Origin: Mobula hypostoma
Lineage: Eukaryota
Assembly: GCF_963921235.1 (NCBI RefSeq)
Contig: NC_086097.1
Location: 132,124,001-132,188,000, forward strand
Direction of reading: 5' to 3'
DNA: 64,000 nucleotides
Shown: positions 1-13,506 of the stretch, one piece after another
How positions within the stretch are numbered: position 1 is the stretch's first letter
Layout: each line of letters starts with the position of its first letter
The notes under the pieces: model-generated
Seen by the model: the letters and a program-made list of their open reading frames with translations, nothing else
Told to the model about the DNA's origin: nothing
Databases searched by the model: none
Translations under genes and position numbers: made by a program

Positions 1-85
1 TCTGTTATGTACTTCCTATGACCATGTCACTCTAAGATCATGGCTGATCATACAGGTAGAACAAAAGGAAACTATTCCATTAGTG

Positions 86-1063
86 CAGGGGCCCCCAACC
101 TTTTTTGTACTGCGGACCGGTTTATTATTGACAATATTCTTGTGGACCAGCCAACCGGGGGGGGGGGGGGCAGGGGTAGGGTTGCCAACGGACAAGAGTA
201 GCAGTCAAATACGGGACACTTGTGTTTACCCTGAGAAAGACTACCATGACCATGAAGCCTTGCACGGGCACCTGGCATGTACATGCGTGTACGTGCCCAT
301 TTTTTTCTACGGATACTTTTTGGCGATTCTGTTCAGTGAAACTGCACTGTACATACATTATTTCTACTTTATATAGGCTGTGTATTTATCATATCATTCC
401 TGCTTTTACTATATGTTAGTGTTACTTTAGGTTTTATGTAACACAACGCATGAATATAGTGATAAATCAATTATAAGTCACTTATAAGTCAATAACATCA
501 TAACATTTTAAGTAACGTTTGGATATTAAACACACAGTGCATATGTTCCCCATATGATCATATAAAATCATTGCAGCACATCAATATCGCTCAATCAGTG
601 GGAGCCCTGGGCTTGTTTCCCTGCAATGAGATGGTGCCATCGAGGGGTGATGGGAGACAGCGATATTCGAAAGGGGTTCCTTATGTCCCGTCTATTCCTC
701 AATTTAGTTTTCATTGCGTTCATTGCAGAAAACCCCGCTTTGCAGAGATATGTTGGAAATGGAAGCAACGTTTTCGGTGCTTTCGTGGCTATCTCAGGAT
801 ATTTAGCCTTGACTTTGATCCAGAATGCCGTCAAAGATGTTATGTCAAACATACTTTTCAGCCCACCGTCATTTGCAAGCTCGAGGAGTTGATCTCCTTC
901 CCGCGCTGACATGGACGATGCGCGGGTAATGACCTCGCATGCGTAATAACCTTGCATGCATTCAAGTTCAACAGTGTGCATGACAGGGAATGAGGAAAGG
1001 TGCAGCTGACTCATATTGCCAAATCATATCGTTTCCTCACGGCCCGGTGGTTGGGGACCGCTG
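86..1063 (-). mobile_element. Non-autonomous hAT (Buster/Charlie-type) DNA transposon, 978 bp
   Basis: 15-bp TIRs CAGGGGCCCCCAACC (86-100) and GGTTGGGGACCGCTG (1049-1063), 2 mismatches. Perfect 8-bp TSD CATTAGTG at 78-85 and 1064-1071 with the central TA typical of Buster elements. Carries a transposase C-terminal remnant. Confidence 0.93.
595..905 (-). pseudogene. C-terminal dimerisation-domain fragment of a Buster/Charlie hAT transposase
   Basis: Translation FWIKVKAKYPEIATKAPKTLLPFPTYLCKAGFSAM..KTKLRNR..KQAQGSH* resembles the ZBED5/SCAND3-type C-terminus. The catalytic E position reads K. Confidence 0.85.
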
Positions 1064-1194
1064 CATTAGTGGATGACTCAGTGGCCTTCTCCTGTGATGT
1101 AAGAACTCTTTGGCACTATATTAATAAAATCAAGGACAAAGGATGAAGTGTAACACCATCCAAAGGAAGAAGTGAGGTCATTAATCTGTAGTTA

Positions 1195-2582
1195 TAGATA
1201 GGTAGATAGATAGATACTTTATTAATTCCGAAGGAAATAACTGTGTCACAGTAGCATTACAAGTGTACAAGATATTCAAATATATAAATATTAGAAGGGA
1301 AGTAAGAAAGAATACAAAATAAGTTACCTCAAACAGTCTAACAGGAGGGGGTCATCACTTCCCATCTATAGGTTAATCATTATAGAGCCTAATGGCTGAG
1401 GGTAAGAATGATCTCATATAGTGCTCTTTAGAGCAGTGCATTTGTCTTAGTTGATGACTAAAAGTGCTCCTCTGTTCAGCCAAGGTGGCATGCAGCGGGT
1501 GAGAAACATTATCCAAAATTACCAGGATTTTCCGCAGAGTCCTTTGTTCTACCACAGCCTCCAGTATGTCCAGTTTGGCTCCTATAGCAGAGTCAGCCTT
1601 TCTAATCAGTTTATTGAGCCTGTTGGTATTACTTGTGTTGATGCCGTAGCCCCAGCTCACCACTGCATAGAAGATTGTACTGGCCACAATAGACAGGTAG
1701 AGCATATGAAGGAGAGGCCTGCACACTCCAAAGGATTCCAGTCTCCTCAGGAAGTAGAGGCGGCTCTGGCCTTTCTTGTACACGGCCTCTGTTTTGGTGC
1801 TCCACTCAAGTCTGCCATCCACGTGCATGCCCAGGTATTTGTAGGTCCTCACCTCATCCACGTCCTCACCATCAATAGTAACAGGGAGCAGTGCAGGGTT
1901 AGTCTTCCTAAAGTCCATCATTGTCTCCTTTGTCTTACTAATGTTGAGCTGCAGTTTGCACCATTTGACAAAATCCTCCACCAGGGCCCTATATTCATCC
2001 TCCCATCTTCTACACCCAGCTATTGCTGAGTCATCAGAGAATTTCTACAGATGAAATGACCCAGTGTTGTATCTAAAGTCGGAGGTATACAGAGTAAACA
2101 GAATGGGTGCCAATACAGTTCCTGGTTGGGCCCCAGTGCTGCATATAGCCACGTCTGACACACAGATCTGAAGCCACACAAAGTGTGATCTGCCGGTCAG
2201 GGTAGTCCATTGTCCAGGATACAATGGAAGTGCCAACCTGCATTGATCAAAGCTTTACCCGGCAATGAGGGTCGTATGGTATTGAAGGTGCTTGAGAAAT
2301 CAAAAAGCATGATCCTCACAGTGCTGTCCCACTTATCCAAATGGGAGTAGGCTCTGTTCAGCAGCTAGATGACAGCATCTACCAGTATCCTGGTAGGCAA
2401 GCTGCAGGGGATCGAGGCCTGATCTGACTAGGGGTCAGAGGTGAGCCAGGACCAGCTTCTCTATGGTCCTCTCATGATGTGTGAGGTCAGGTCCACTGGA
2501 CAGTAGTCATTCAAGACTTTTGGTTGGCCCTTCTTGGGTACTGAGACCACACATGATGTTTTCCACACAGTTAGGACCCTCA
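1195..2582 (-). mobile_element. 5'-truncated Rex1/Babar-type LINE (RT C-terminal half, 3' UTR, (CTAT)n tail)
   Basis: GTVLAPILFTLYTSD..KFSDD RT motifs at about 2030-2140. ORF 1373-1981 has LQLNISKTKE..YKYLG..QSRLYFLRRL..SFLPSAIRLYN. Tandem tail at 1195-1215. Confidence 0.88.
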
Positions 2583-2649
2583 TGACCTGAAATCCAAGGT
2601 AAGAGTAATTCGATAGTGGCTAATGTTATATTTGTGATATTTTGAATAA

Positions 2650-3170
2650 TGGAGTAGTACAGCATGGAAACTGGACCAACTCATTCATACTGTCCAAAGC
2701 GCCCATGTAAACTGGACCAATGTGTCCAGATATGGCCAATATTTGTCTAAAACTTTCCTATCCATTTACCTGTTCAAGTATCTTTTAAAAATGTAGTCAT
2801 TGTATATATTAACCACCCTCTGTGTGGAAAGGATGCCTCTCAGGTTCCTATTAAATCTCTCCCATCACATTAAATGCCCTATAGTTTTCATTTCCCTTTC
2901 TCTTGGAAAATACCTCATGCATTCAAGCTATCTCTGCCTGCTACGCCCCATAACTTTATACACACTATAGGTTCACCGCACAGCATTCATTTCTCCAGAG
3001 AATGAAGTCCCACCCCTGCCCAGCCTTTCACTTTCACTCAAGTCCTGGCCACATTCTTATAAATGTTCTTTCCAATTTAATGATATTTTTCCTGAAATGG
3101 TGTAACCAAAACTGCATGCAGTACCCCGGGTGCGGCCTCACTAATGTCTTGAACAACTGCAGCATAACAT
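2650..3170 (-). mobile_element. Degenerate CR1 LINE 3' fragment
   Basis: Reverse strand encodes VRPHPGYCMQFW-like CR1 C-terminal motif, followed by a CR1-type 3' UTR. Confidence 0.7.
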
Positions 3171-3429
3171 TAGGTCTATACCACTTAAGCTATTTTCATT
3201 TCTGACTGAAAACAAAATCAATCAGGGACTTCAGAAGTGATTTCAGAGATCTCTGAGAGAGAGTAATTTGTGAGGGAAATAGCACTGACAGGAACGTTCT
3301 ACCAGAAACGAACATGAACTTGATGGTCTGAATGGCCTCATTTTATGCTGAAGCAATCCTATGACTTTACGTTAATAAAGTCCATTAACAGCCAATGAGA
3401 TAACATTAAAATGAAGTCTTTGTTATAAA

Positions 3430-3580
3430 CTATGGAAATGTGGCAACCAAAATTTCACACAGCAGACTCCCACAAACAACAGGGTAATAATGATCAAATA
3501 CCGTGTATTCCGGAAGGTTGGTGGAGCGGTAGGTTGGAACACCGGGGAGATCTCCATTATTTCTTATGTTTCCATTGATA
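3430..3580 (-). mobile_element. Deu-SINE-like fragment
   Basis: GGAAATGTGGCAACCAAAATTTCACACAGCAGACTCCCACAAACAAC..GGAACACCGGGGAGATCTCC resembles the reverse of the Deu domain as I recall it. A related copy lies at 18100-18365. Confidence 0.55.
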
Positions 3581-5014
3581 AGAGCAATGGAAACGGTGTA
3601 TATTTTATTGAGCTCTGCACCTGGAGACATTAAGTGAAGCCAAGCAGTTTTATTGTACTCATCCCCACAACAAAAGAAGCATCTCCGCTTTGATGATGTT
3701 TGAGTCTCATCCTTCACTTTATCGTACTTGTGTGAGTCAGCTGAACATAACTTGTCAACTGGTGAACACACACCATCACTGTCCCCATGAGGGCAGAGAA
3801 TTAGTTCGACCCACTGCTCTGTACCCAATCCAATCACTGCTTCCATGATTTTCTATTCAAGCCCACCTTTGCTGCTGATGCTCAGTTGGAACCAGTTGAG
3901 ACTACCATGCTTCACTACCTTTGATTTGTTTTCTTCCAGCCAGGCACAAGTTAAAAACAAAACAACCAACCCCTCCTCCCCTCACCTCCATCGAAAAGAC
4001 TCTTGCCTTTTCCTTCTTCCCACGAGAGGCCATGACTTAGTGATTATCTCCTCTCCTAATCAAAGGCACAGAGATGAAAAAGATTTTATGAATAAAATTC
4101 CCTTCAGGAAGATTGGAATTGAACGATTAGCAAAGTGTTTGCGATGTTGCCTGTAGACCCTGCTCACAGAGTGCCATCTGTGAAAGGCAAAGACCTGTAG
4201 ACTGACAACATTGAATGGGTGCATCTGGAAGTTATTTGCAAAGAGGATTAAGAGATGCGGTGTACACGGAGACTGCTTCTGGCCACAAAGTGCTCACTCT
4301 GGCGAGGCAAGGAGAAATGTTGCTTGCTTACATTACTGCTTCCTCGTAATCATTAATCACTATCTGAGTGACTTTTTTTCCCCTTTAACCCATTCATGTG
4401 GGACTATTACTGTGGCCGCCACCAATATGGTTTGTGGAGCCAGGAGCGGGGGAAGAAAGAGCTATGTAGAAAATATCTTTTGATATATCTTGCAGAGAAA
4501 TTATGCCCTAAACTGTATTGTTAATGGTTACAACATAAAAGCAGCAGGAAAGCATGTCACCAGCACACCAACAGAGCTCGAAGGGATGAAGCAACTAATG
4601 TTATCGTGGCAATCTCAAACTTGTGTTTTATGATGGCATTCCAAGAGCCTTGTAGCTTGGTTTATCCACATGTGCAGATCTCATCCATGAAGGAAATTTC
4701 TGTTCAAGTGAACAAAGATATGGTGTGTTACAGCAACAACAATCTGGATTACAGATGAATGCATTCTGACTGGTTGTATCATGAACTGGTAGAGGAATTC
4801 CAATGCACAAGAATACAAAAGGCTACAGAGAATGGCAGGCTCAGGCAGTTCCATTATGGGTACAGCTCTCCCCACCACCAGGATATCAACCAGAGGCAAT
4901 GACTTAGGTACCCCCACCATTTGGGCCATGCCCTCTCATTTCAACTGCCATCAGGAAAGAAGTATGGAAGCCTGATATCCACACCTCAAGCTTCTTCCAC
5001 ACTGCCATCAGCTT

Positions 5015-5345
5015 GATCGTATCCTCCACCATTGATGCTGCCCTTGCCCATATTTTCTTCATTTCCCAAACATCCATGCTTACCCCATCCTTCATCCACC
5101 TCAACAGTGATACAGTTCCTCTTGTCCTTACCTACCACCCCATAAGCCTCCGCGTACAATGCTCCATTCTCCACAACTCCCACCATCTCCAAAGGGATCC
5201 TACTACCAAATATACCTTTACTTCTCCCCCCCTGCTTTTCGCAGGGATTGCTCCCTCCATGTGTCCCCTGTCTACTCGTACCTCCTCACTAATCTCCCTC
5301 CCAGTCCTTGTCCCAGCAAGTGGCCAAAGTGCTATACCTACACTT
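5015..5345 (+). mobile_element. Penelope-like element fragment (RT to GIY-YIG linker, Neptune-type)
   Basis: Frameshifted peptide VPLVLTYHPISLRVQ..HLQRDPTTKY..PP.AFRRDCSL..P.KWPKCYT matches the PLE linker and its degenerate Cys cluster. Confidence 0.8.
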
Positions 5346-5469
5346 TCAGCTTCATCTTTGTAATGTACGAAGCTACAGCTACAAGAAGCTACTTTTCATA
5401 GTATTTATACCCAGTGTATATATGCTTATGACAGCAATAAACTTGAAATTGAACTTGATGTGGTGAGAT

Positions 5470-8400
5470 AGACCATAAGATCACAACAGTATAAGACATA
5501 GTAGCAGAATTAGGCCATTCAGCCCATCAAGTCTGCTCCACCATTCCATCATGGCTGATTTGATATCTCACTCACCCATGTCTGATGCCTTGATTAATCA
5601 AGAACCTATCAACCTCTGCCTTAAATATGCCCAATAACTTGGCATGTACAGTCATCTGCGGCATGAATTCCGTAGATTCACCACCAACCGACTAAGGAAT
5701 TCTTCTTCTTATCTCTGTTCTAAATGGATGTCCCTCTATTCTGAGGCTGTGCTCTCTGATCCTATATTCACCCACTATAGGAAATGTCCTCTCCACATTC
5801 ACCTTATCTAGGCCCTTCAATAATTGGTAAGTTTCAATTAGATCCTCCCCTCCTTCTTCTAAACTCCAGCATGTACAGGCTCCCAAATTCTCTTCATATG
5901 TTAACCCTTACATTCCTGGGATCATTGTCTTGAACTTTGTCTGGACACTCGCCAGCACATCTTTTCTTAGATAAGGGGCCCAAAGCTGCTGACAATACTC
6001 CAAGTGCATTCTGACCTATGCCTTATAAAGCCTCAGCATTACATCCTTCCTTTTGCATTGTAGTCTTCTCCAAATGATTGGTAACATTGCATTTGCCTTC
6101 CTTACCATCAACTCAACCTAGAAGTTAACCTACAGAGAATCCTGTATGAGGAATTCCAAGTCAATTTGTGCCTCTGATTCTTGAATCTTCTGCCCATTTA
6201 GAAAATAGTCCATTTTTTATTGTGCATGACCATGCACTCTATTTCATGTGCCACTTCTTTGCCCATTCTCTCAACTTGTCTAAGCCCTTCAGCAGGCTCA
6301 ATGCTTCTTCAAAACTACCTGCCCCTGCACCTATCTTTGTATCATCCACAAAAGTGGCCACAAAGCCATCAATTCCTTCATCAATATCACTGAAGTATAA
6401 TGTGAAAAGAAGTAGTCCCAGCATAGACTCCTGTGGCTTACCAATAGTCACTGGCAACCAACCAGAAAAGGTCCCCTTTATTCTGAATTTTTTGCCTCTT
6501 GCCAATCAGCCAATCTTCTATCCATGCTAATATTCTTCCTGTAATACCATCTTGTTAAGAAGCCTTCTGTGTGGCACCTCGTCAGAGACCTTCTGAAAAT
6601 CCAGATAAACAATATCCACTGACAATATTTACTTTGTCTATCCTGCCTGTTATTCCCTCAGGGAATTCCAACATATTTGTCAGGCAAGATTTCCCATTAA
6701 GAACTTCGTTGGAAATCTTTTTATTAGTTGACCTCTTTTAGTTTTTATAAGCTTTTTAATTCTCTACCTTCGTTCTAACTTTTGCTATATTATACACCCT
6801 CTCCTTTGCTTTCATGCTGTCTTTGACTTTCCTTATCAGCCACGGAAGCCTCAGCCTCCCTTTAAAATACTTCTTGATCTTTGGGATGTACCTTTCCTGT
6901 GCTTTCTGAATTACTTCCAGAAAATCCAGCCATTGCTCTTCTGCCGTCATCTCCACTTGTGCCCCATTCCAAGCAACTCCAGCCAGCTTTTCTCTCATGC
7001 CCCTGTAATTACCTTTACTCCATAGTAGTACTGATATATCCAATCAAAGTACAGGGTGAATTCTATCATGTTACGATCACTGTCTCCTAAGGGTTCCTTT
7101 ACCTTGAGCTCCCTAATCAAATTTGGGTCATAACACAGCACCCAATTCAGAATTGCCGTTACCGTAGTGGGCTCAATCACAAGATGCTCTAAAAAGCCAT
7201 TCCATCGGCATTCTAAAAATTCGCTCTCTCGGGATCCAAAGCCAAATTGATGCTTCCAATCTACCTGCATGTTGAAATCCCTCATGATTATCACAACATT
7301 GCCCTTTTTTACGTGCTCTTTTTATCTCCCATTGTAATTTGTAGTCCATATCCTGGCTACTGCTCAGAGGCCCGTATCTAACTCCTATCAAGGTGCTTTT
7401 ACCCCTTCAGTTCTTTTAACTCTACCCACAAGAATTCTACATCTTCCGACCATATGTTACCTCTTTTAAAGGATTTGATTTCATTTTTTTACCAACAGAG
7501 CCACCCCATCCCCTCTGCCTATCTGATTTTCCTATCAATACAATGTGTTTCTTTAGATGGTAATTTCTCAACTATGATCTTCTTTTAGCCAAGGCTCAGC
7601 GATGCCAAGGCTCAGCGATGCCAACGACATCATACCTGCCTATCTGTATCTGCGCTACAAGATCATTTACATTATTCCATATTCTGTGTGTATTCAACAC
7701 CTTAAATCTGGTATTCATTACCTTTTTTGATTTTGGCTTCCTGTTAGATATTAACTTATCCAACTGACTGCAATTTTGCCCTATCATCTGCCCGTCCTTC
7801 CTCACAGTCTCATTGCACATTGCATCTACTTGTATAATAAATGCCCAATCCTCAGCCCCATCACTCCTGTTCTCATTCCTTCCCAAGTTAGTTTAAACCC
7901 TCCCCAACAGCTCTAGAAAACTTGCCACAGGGGTATTGGTCCCCCTCGGATTCAGGTGTAACGCATCCTTTTTATATAGGTCATATCTTCCCAAAAAGAG
8001 ATCCAGAAATCGAAACTCTGCCCTTACACCAAATCTTCAGCTGCACACTCACCTATTTTTACTGTTACAGGCACATGACCCAGGCATCAATCCACAAATT
8101 ACTACTAGGGAGGGTCTGCTTTTCGGCTTTCTACTCAACTCCCTATATTCTTTTTTCAGCTCCTCCTTCCTATGTCATTGGTACCAATATGTACTATGAC
8201 ATCTTGCTGCTCACACTATCCTCTTAGAATGCTGTGGACCTGATCAGAGACCTCCCTGAACATAACACCAGAATGTAACAAACCATCCAGATGTCTCTTT
8301 CACGTCCACAGAATCTGCTGTCTGCTCCTCTAATTAAGGAATCCCCTATTACGACTGCACTCCTCATCTCCCTCCCTTCCCTTCTGAGCCACAGAGATAG

Positions 8401-8585
8401 ATTTGGTGCCAAAGATCAGGTTGGGGTGGCTTCTCCCCCTCAACACTATCCAAAGTGGTATTTTTATTATTGGGGGAAATAGCCACAGGGGTATTCTGCA
8501 CTGTCTGCCTATTCCCTTTCTCTCTCTTGACAGTTACTCAGGTACCTACCTCCTGCAACTTGGGGATGACCACCTCCCTGTAGTT
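5470..8585 (-). mobile_element. Long decayed CR1 LINE with ORF1 esterase and ORF2 endonuclease/RT remnants, internally deleted near 6705
   Basis: AVVIGDSLIRG (SGNH-esterase ORF1, 8224-8412); YDVVGIAE, IIMRDFN, LGDSD (AP endonuclease); TFVDDTKIG (RT); CR1 3' UTR at 5470-5560. Confidence 0.9.
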
Positions 8586-8689
8586 CTTACTTTCTCATAT
8601 GAGGTATCTTATATTATTTCTAATACCTTCATTGTCAGGCAAAATTTGACAGTTAACCACTCCAGGTGATATCAGAACAGGTAAGCCAA

Positions 8690-8900
8690 ATGGCGTCAGA
8701 GTTGTGCAGCTGTAGAGGTGTTGTCTCACAGCTCCATGGACCCAGGTTCAATCCTGATCTTTGGCACTGCCTGTGCAGAGTTTGCACATTCTCCATGTTA
8801 CTGGGCAGTCGTTTTCCTCCACATCTCCAGGATATTAGTTTGGTAGAGAAAATTGAAACTGTAAATTGCCTCCAGTGGCAACTGATCTTGAAGCAGTTGA
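8690..8900 (+). mobile_element. tRNA-derived V-SINE
   Basis: B-box GGTTCAATCC at about 8745, followed by V-domain-like GAGTTTGCACATTCTCC..TTTCCTCCACA. Confidence 0.7.
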
Positions 8901-9164
8901 GGGGAATGTAGGGAGAACAACAGTTACAGTTACAGAGATAGTGCGGTGCCGGTACACAATGAGCTGTGAGACCACAGGATAGCTTGTGAGGTCAAAAGTC
9001 ACTCTTATACAAGAGGTCCATCCACTAGTCTTAAAACAGCAGGATGGAAACTGCACTTAAAGCTGGTGGTATGTCCCCTCAAGCGTTTGTGTCTTCTGCC
9101 AGATGGGGGCTGGGGGCAATGGAAGAAGAAAGAATATCTGGAATAAAAATGTTTTCGATTATGT

Positions 9165-9670
9165 TCAGAATTGGAATCAGAATCATCTAATCTGTTTTAT
9201 TTAATCACAGACAAATGTCATAAATGTATCTTTTGTGGCAGCAGTACAGTGCAAGACATTAAAATTTACTCTAAGTTACAAAATTAATAACTAGTGCAAA
9301 AGAGGATAGTGAAGGAGTGTTCGCAGGTTCAGGAACTGTTCAGAAATCTAATAGAGGATGAGGAAGAAACTGTCCTTAAATCATTGAGTGTGTGTCTTCA
9401 GGCTGCTGTACCTTCTCCCCAGTGGTAGTAATGAGAAGAGGGAATGTCGCAGATGGTGAGGGACCTTAGTGATAAATGCCGCCTTCTGGAGGCACCGCCT
9501 CTTGAAGCAGTGCTGCAACCAGTCAGGATAGTCTTCACTGTACATCTGTAGAAGTTTGCTGAGGGCTGCTTTGTGGGGGAAGTGGGAAATGTAGAGAGAG
9601 TCCATGGAAGAGGGGCCTGTTTTCATTATGGACCAAGCATGACCACTACTGCAGTTTCTTGTGGCTCAGT
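9165..9670 (-). mobile_element. Rex1/Babar LINE 3' fragments
   Basis: RRCLQKAAFITKVPHHLRHSLFSLLPLGRRYSSL motif and a (GATTCT)n-like tail. Confidence 0.75.
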
Positions 9671-9979
9671 TCTGATCGCCAGTTCTGTCTATGAGGCACT
9701 TACATTGTCCTCTTCTTTCATCCAAGGAGCCCCGTTTTCCACTTGCATCGCAAATATGTGCAAGGTAGGTGAATTGATCCTGGTATGGTGGTGATGGGTA
9801 AAATCGGAGCAAAGTTAATGGGAATATGGGAAGAAGAAATTGGGATTGGTGTAAAATGGATGGTTGACCCCAGCAAGTAATCAATGGCCTCTTTCCTTGC
9901 TGTATTACTAGGTGAGCTTGTAAGAATGTACAAATACCAAAAGCAGCTTTCTCAGAACTTCATTTTACACCGAACGCTA

Positions 9980-11555
9980 GAGTTATTTTTGTCTTGGTTT
10001 GCAAACATGTAAAACATGTGGAACTTTCATAGAATTAATGAAAATCCACACACAACAAAATGGACAAAAAGATAACAAAATGCAAATACAGAAAGAAGGA
10101 AAAGGCAAAATAATAAATAAATAAATAAATAAACAATGAATATGTGGTGAAGAGTCCTTGAACATGAGACAATAGGTTGTGGGAACAGTTCAGTGTTAGG
10201 GTGAGTGAAGTTATCCCCTCTGGTTCAAGAGTCTGATGGTTGAGGGTTAATAACTGTTCCTGAACCTGGTAGTGTGGTTCCTGAGGCTCCCATACCTCCT
10301 TGTTGATGGCAGCAGTGAGAAGAGAGCATGACCTGGATGGTGGGTCCTTGATGATGGATGCTGCTTTCCGGCAATGCCGTTCCATGAAGTTTTGCTCAGT
10401 GGACAGAAGGGATTTACCTGTGATGGAGTGGGCTGTATCCAGTATATTTTGTAGGCTTTTCTATTAAAGAGCATTGGCATTTCTATACCAGGCTGTAATG
10501 CAACCAGTTACTATACTCTCCACCACACATCCATAGAAATTTGTCAAAGTTTTAGATGACATGCCGAATCTTTGCAAAATTCTAAGGAAGTGGAAACACT
10601 GCTATGCTTTCTTTGTAATGGCACTTATGTGCAGGACACAGGACAGATCCTCTGAAATGGTAACACCGAGGAATTTTAAGTTGCTGACCCTCTCCACCTC
10701 TGATCCCCCGATGAGGACAGTCTCGTGGACCTCCAATTTCCTCCTCCTGTTATTAATGGTCAGCTATTTGGTCTTGTTATTGTTGAGTGAGAGGTTGTGG
10801 TTGTGGCACCACTCAATCAGATTTTCAATCTCCCTCCTAGATGCTGACTCGTCACCACCTTTGATCTGGCAAGTTACAGTGGTGTGTCAGCAAACTTAAA
10901 TGTGGCATTAGAGCTGTGCCTGTCCTCACAGTCAAAAGTATAAAGGGGGCGAAGTACACAGCCTTGTGGTGCACCTGTACTGATGGAGATTGTGGAGGAA
11001 GTGTTGCCAATCCGAATTGACCGGGGTCTGCAAGTGAGGAAATAAAGTATACAGTTTCACAAGGAGGTATTGAGGCCAAAGTTTTAGAGCTAATTGATTA
11101 GTTTTGAGGGGAAGATGGTATTAAATGCAGAGCTGTAGTCAATGAAGAGCAGTCTGATGTATGCACCTTCACTGTACAGATATTCCAGTGCTGAGTGACA
11201 AGCCAATGAAATGTTACCTGCTGGCAAACTGGAGAGGATCCAAGTCAATCCTCAGGTAAAAGTTGATATGTTTCAACATCATCCCTTCAAAGTACTTCAT
11301 CACAAGGATTGTAAGTGCTACTGGATGATAGTCACTGAGGCAGTGTTCTTGCCACCAGTGTAACTGAAGCCTGTTTGAAGCAGGCGAGTACTGATGACTG
11401 CCGAAGTGAGAGGTTAAAGATATCAGTGGAAGCTCCATCCAGTTGATCAGCACAGTTCTTCAGTACTCAGCCTGGGACCCCAGCTCAGCCAAATACTTTC
11501 CATGGGTTCACCTTCCGGAAGGATGCTCTCATGTTGGCCTCAGAGATTAAAATCA
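9980..11555 (-). mobile_element. Rex1/Babar LINE, decayed RT region and 3' UTR
   Basis: [24 protein letters not shown] at 11214-11350; HHPGHALFSLLPSTRRYGSL..RFRNSY at 10247-10350. Confidence 0.85.
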
Positions 11556-11689
11556 GCAAAATGAATTAATCCCATCTTCCTGCACATGATCCATATCCCT
11601 TTTTATAATAACATTTGCATGTTCATGTAACTGCCCAAATGCCACTCACAACTGCATGGCAAAACTCTGCTCTAACTGCATCGACAAGA

Positions 11690-13010
11690 TGACACCACCA
11701 CAGTGGGCTGATTCATCACAGCTTGTTGTGGAGGTTCCAGTGCAGAGGATCCCAAGAAACTGCAGAGAGTTGTGGACTCAGCCAGTTCTATCAAAGGCAT
11801 TACGCTCGCCACCGTCGAGGATAACTTCAGGAGGTGGTTCCTCAAGAAGATGGCATCCATTATTAAAGACCTTCACAGTCTGGGACATGTCTTCTTCATG
11901 TTTCTACTATTGGGGAGGAGGTACAGGAGCCTTACGGTCCATACTCAAAGTTTTAAGAACAGCTTCCTTCCCTCCACCATCAGATTTCTTAATGGTCTAT
12001 GAACCTATGAACACTACCTTGATATTCATCTTTAGCACTATATATTTATTTATTTTGAGTAATTTTTATTGCTTTTACTGTATTGTTGCCATGAAGCAAC
12101 ACATTTCACGACATACAGTATGTCAGTGATAATAGACCTGATTCTGATTCTAAGGTAGAGAGTCGAGTGACGTGATGTCATAGCAATAAACTTTCCCTCA
12201 ATGTCAGCAAAACAAAAGAGATGGTCATTGTCTCAGGTAAGAGGGTGGGATGCACGTTCCTGTTCACATCAATGGTGCTGAGGACAAGAGGGTAGAGAGT
12301 TTTAGGTTTCCAGGAATGAACATCACCAACGGCCTGTCATAATTCAACTACGTAGATGCCATGACCAGAGAGGCACACCAGCACCTCTACTTCCTCAGGA
12401 GACTAAAGAAATGTGGCCTTTCACTTTCACCAATTTTTAACGATACATCATGGAAAACTTCATAGGATGCATTAAATCTTAGTTTAGCAACTGTTCTGCC
12501 GAAAATGACAAGAAACTACAGAGAGCTGTGCATAAGCACAGCGCATCATGGAGACTAGCCTCTGCTCCATGGACTCTCTTTACACTTCCTGCCTCCTTGG
12601 TAAAGCAGCCAACATAATCAAAGGCCCCAGGCACCCAGCATTTCTTAGTCTCTCTCCTTCCTGTCGGGAAGAAGATACAAAAGCACGAAGGCACACACCA
12701 CAAGGGTCACAGACAGTTTCTATCTCACTGTTATAGGACTATTGAATGATAATATGTGGAATGATAAGCTGTGGTATGAAAAGCTGAATTCTTGACCTCA
12801 GAATCTACTGCACTATAGCTTCGCACCTTATTGAATGCCTGCACTGCACTTTCCCTGTAATTGTAATGTTTTATTCCACATTTTATTGTTGCTTTCCCTT
12901 GCCCTGTCTGAATTCTTCAATGAATTGAAATGATCGGTATGAATGGTATGCAAAACAATATTTTATTCACTGTACCTCAGTACATGTGACAATAATAAAG
13001 CAATTCATTA
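11690..13010 (+). mobile_element. Two adjacent Rex1/Babar LINE 3' fragments (about 11690-12151 and 12165-13010)
   Basis: KMASIIKD..GRRYRSL..FKNSFLPSTIRFLN with a CTGATTCTGATTCT tail ending at 12151. Second copy has LYFLRRLKK and KAANIIK and ends near TGACAATAATAAA. Confidence 0.78.
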
Positions 13011-13014
13011 ATTT

Positions 13015-13415
13015 ACTACTGTCTCTGCTTTCATCATCTCCCTTGGCAGCACTTCCAGACACCTACAAGTTTCTGTGTGAAAAGCCTATCCCATACATCT
13101 CCTTTAAACAGTCCTGCTCTCAGCTTAAGTGTATACCCACTAGCATTTGACATTTCTGTCTCTGAAGATAAGACTCTGACTGTCTACCCTATCTATGCCT
13201 TTTCAAATGTAATAGGTGTCTATCAGGGCTCCCTCAGCCTCCAGTGCTCCCAAGATAACAATCCAAGTTTGTCCAAACTCACAATATAACTAATGCCCTC
13301 TAATTCAGGCTGCACTGTAGCCAACCTCTTTGCACTCTTTCCAAAGCCTGTACATTCTTCCTGTACAGGAGGGACCAGAATTTCAGACTGTAATCTAAAT
13401 GCAACTTAATGGAAG
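13015..13415 (-). mobile_element. CR1 LINE 3' fragment
   Basis: HLDYSLKFWSLLYRKNVQALERVQR motif in ORF 13300-13536. Confidence 0.75.
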
Positions 13416-13506
13416 TTCTTAGGTTCCACCACTGATCCACACAGGTAGCGACAATTAACCTACCAGCACACACATCTTTGGAATGTAGCGAGAAACCAGA
13501 GCACCC

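Noticed and set aside
157..181. G-rich runs as functional G-quadruplexes (also 37213-37231)
   Set aside because: Simple homopolymer tracts with no supporting context; the first is internal to a transposon.
7588..7624. 16-bp tandem duplication GCCAAGGCTCAGCGAT
   Set aside because: Ordinary slippage duplication inside a dead CR1; no spacers, so not a CRISPR or other array.
8690..8770. tRNA gene
   Set aside because: Only a B-box in a SINE head; no cloverleaf.
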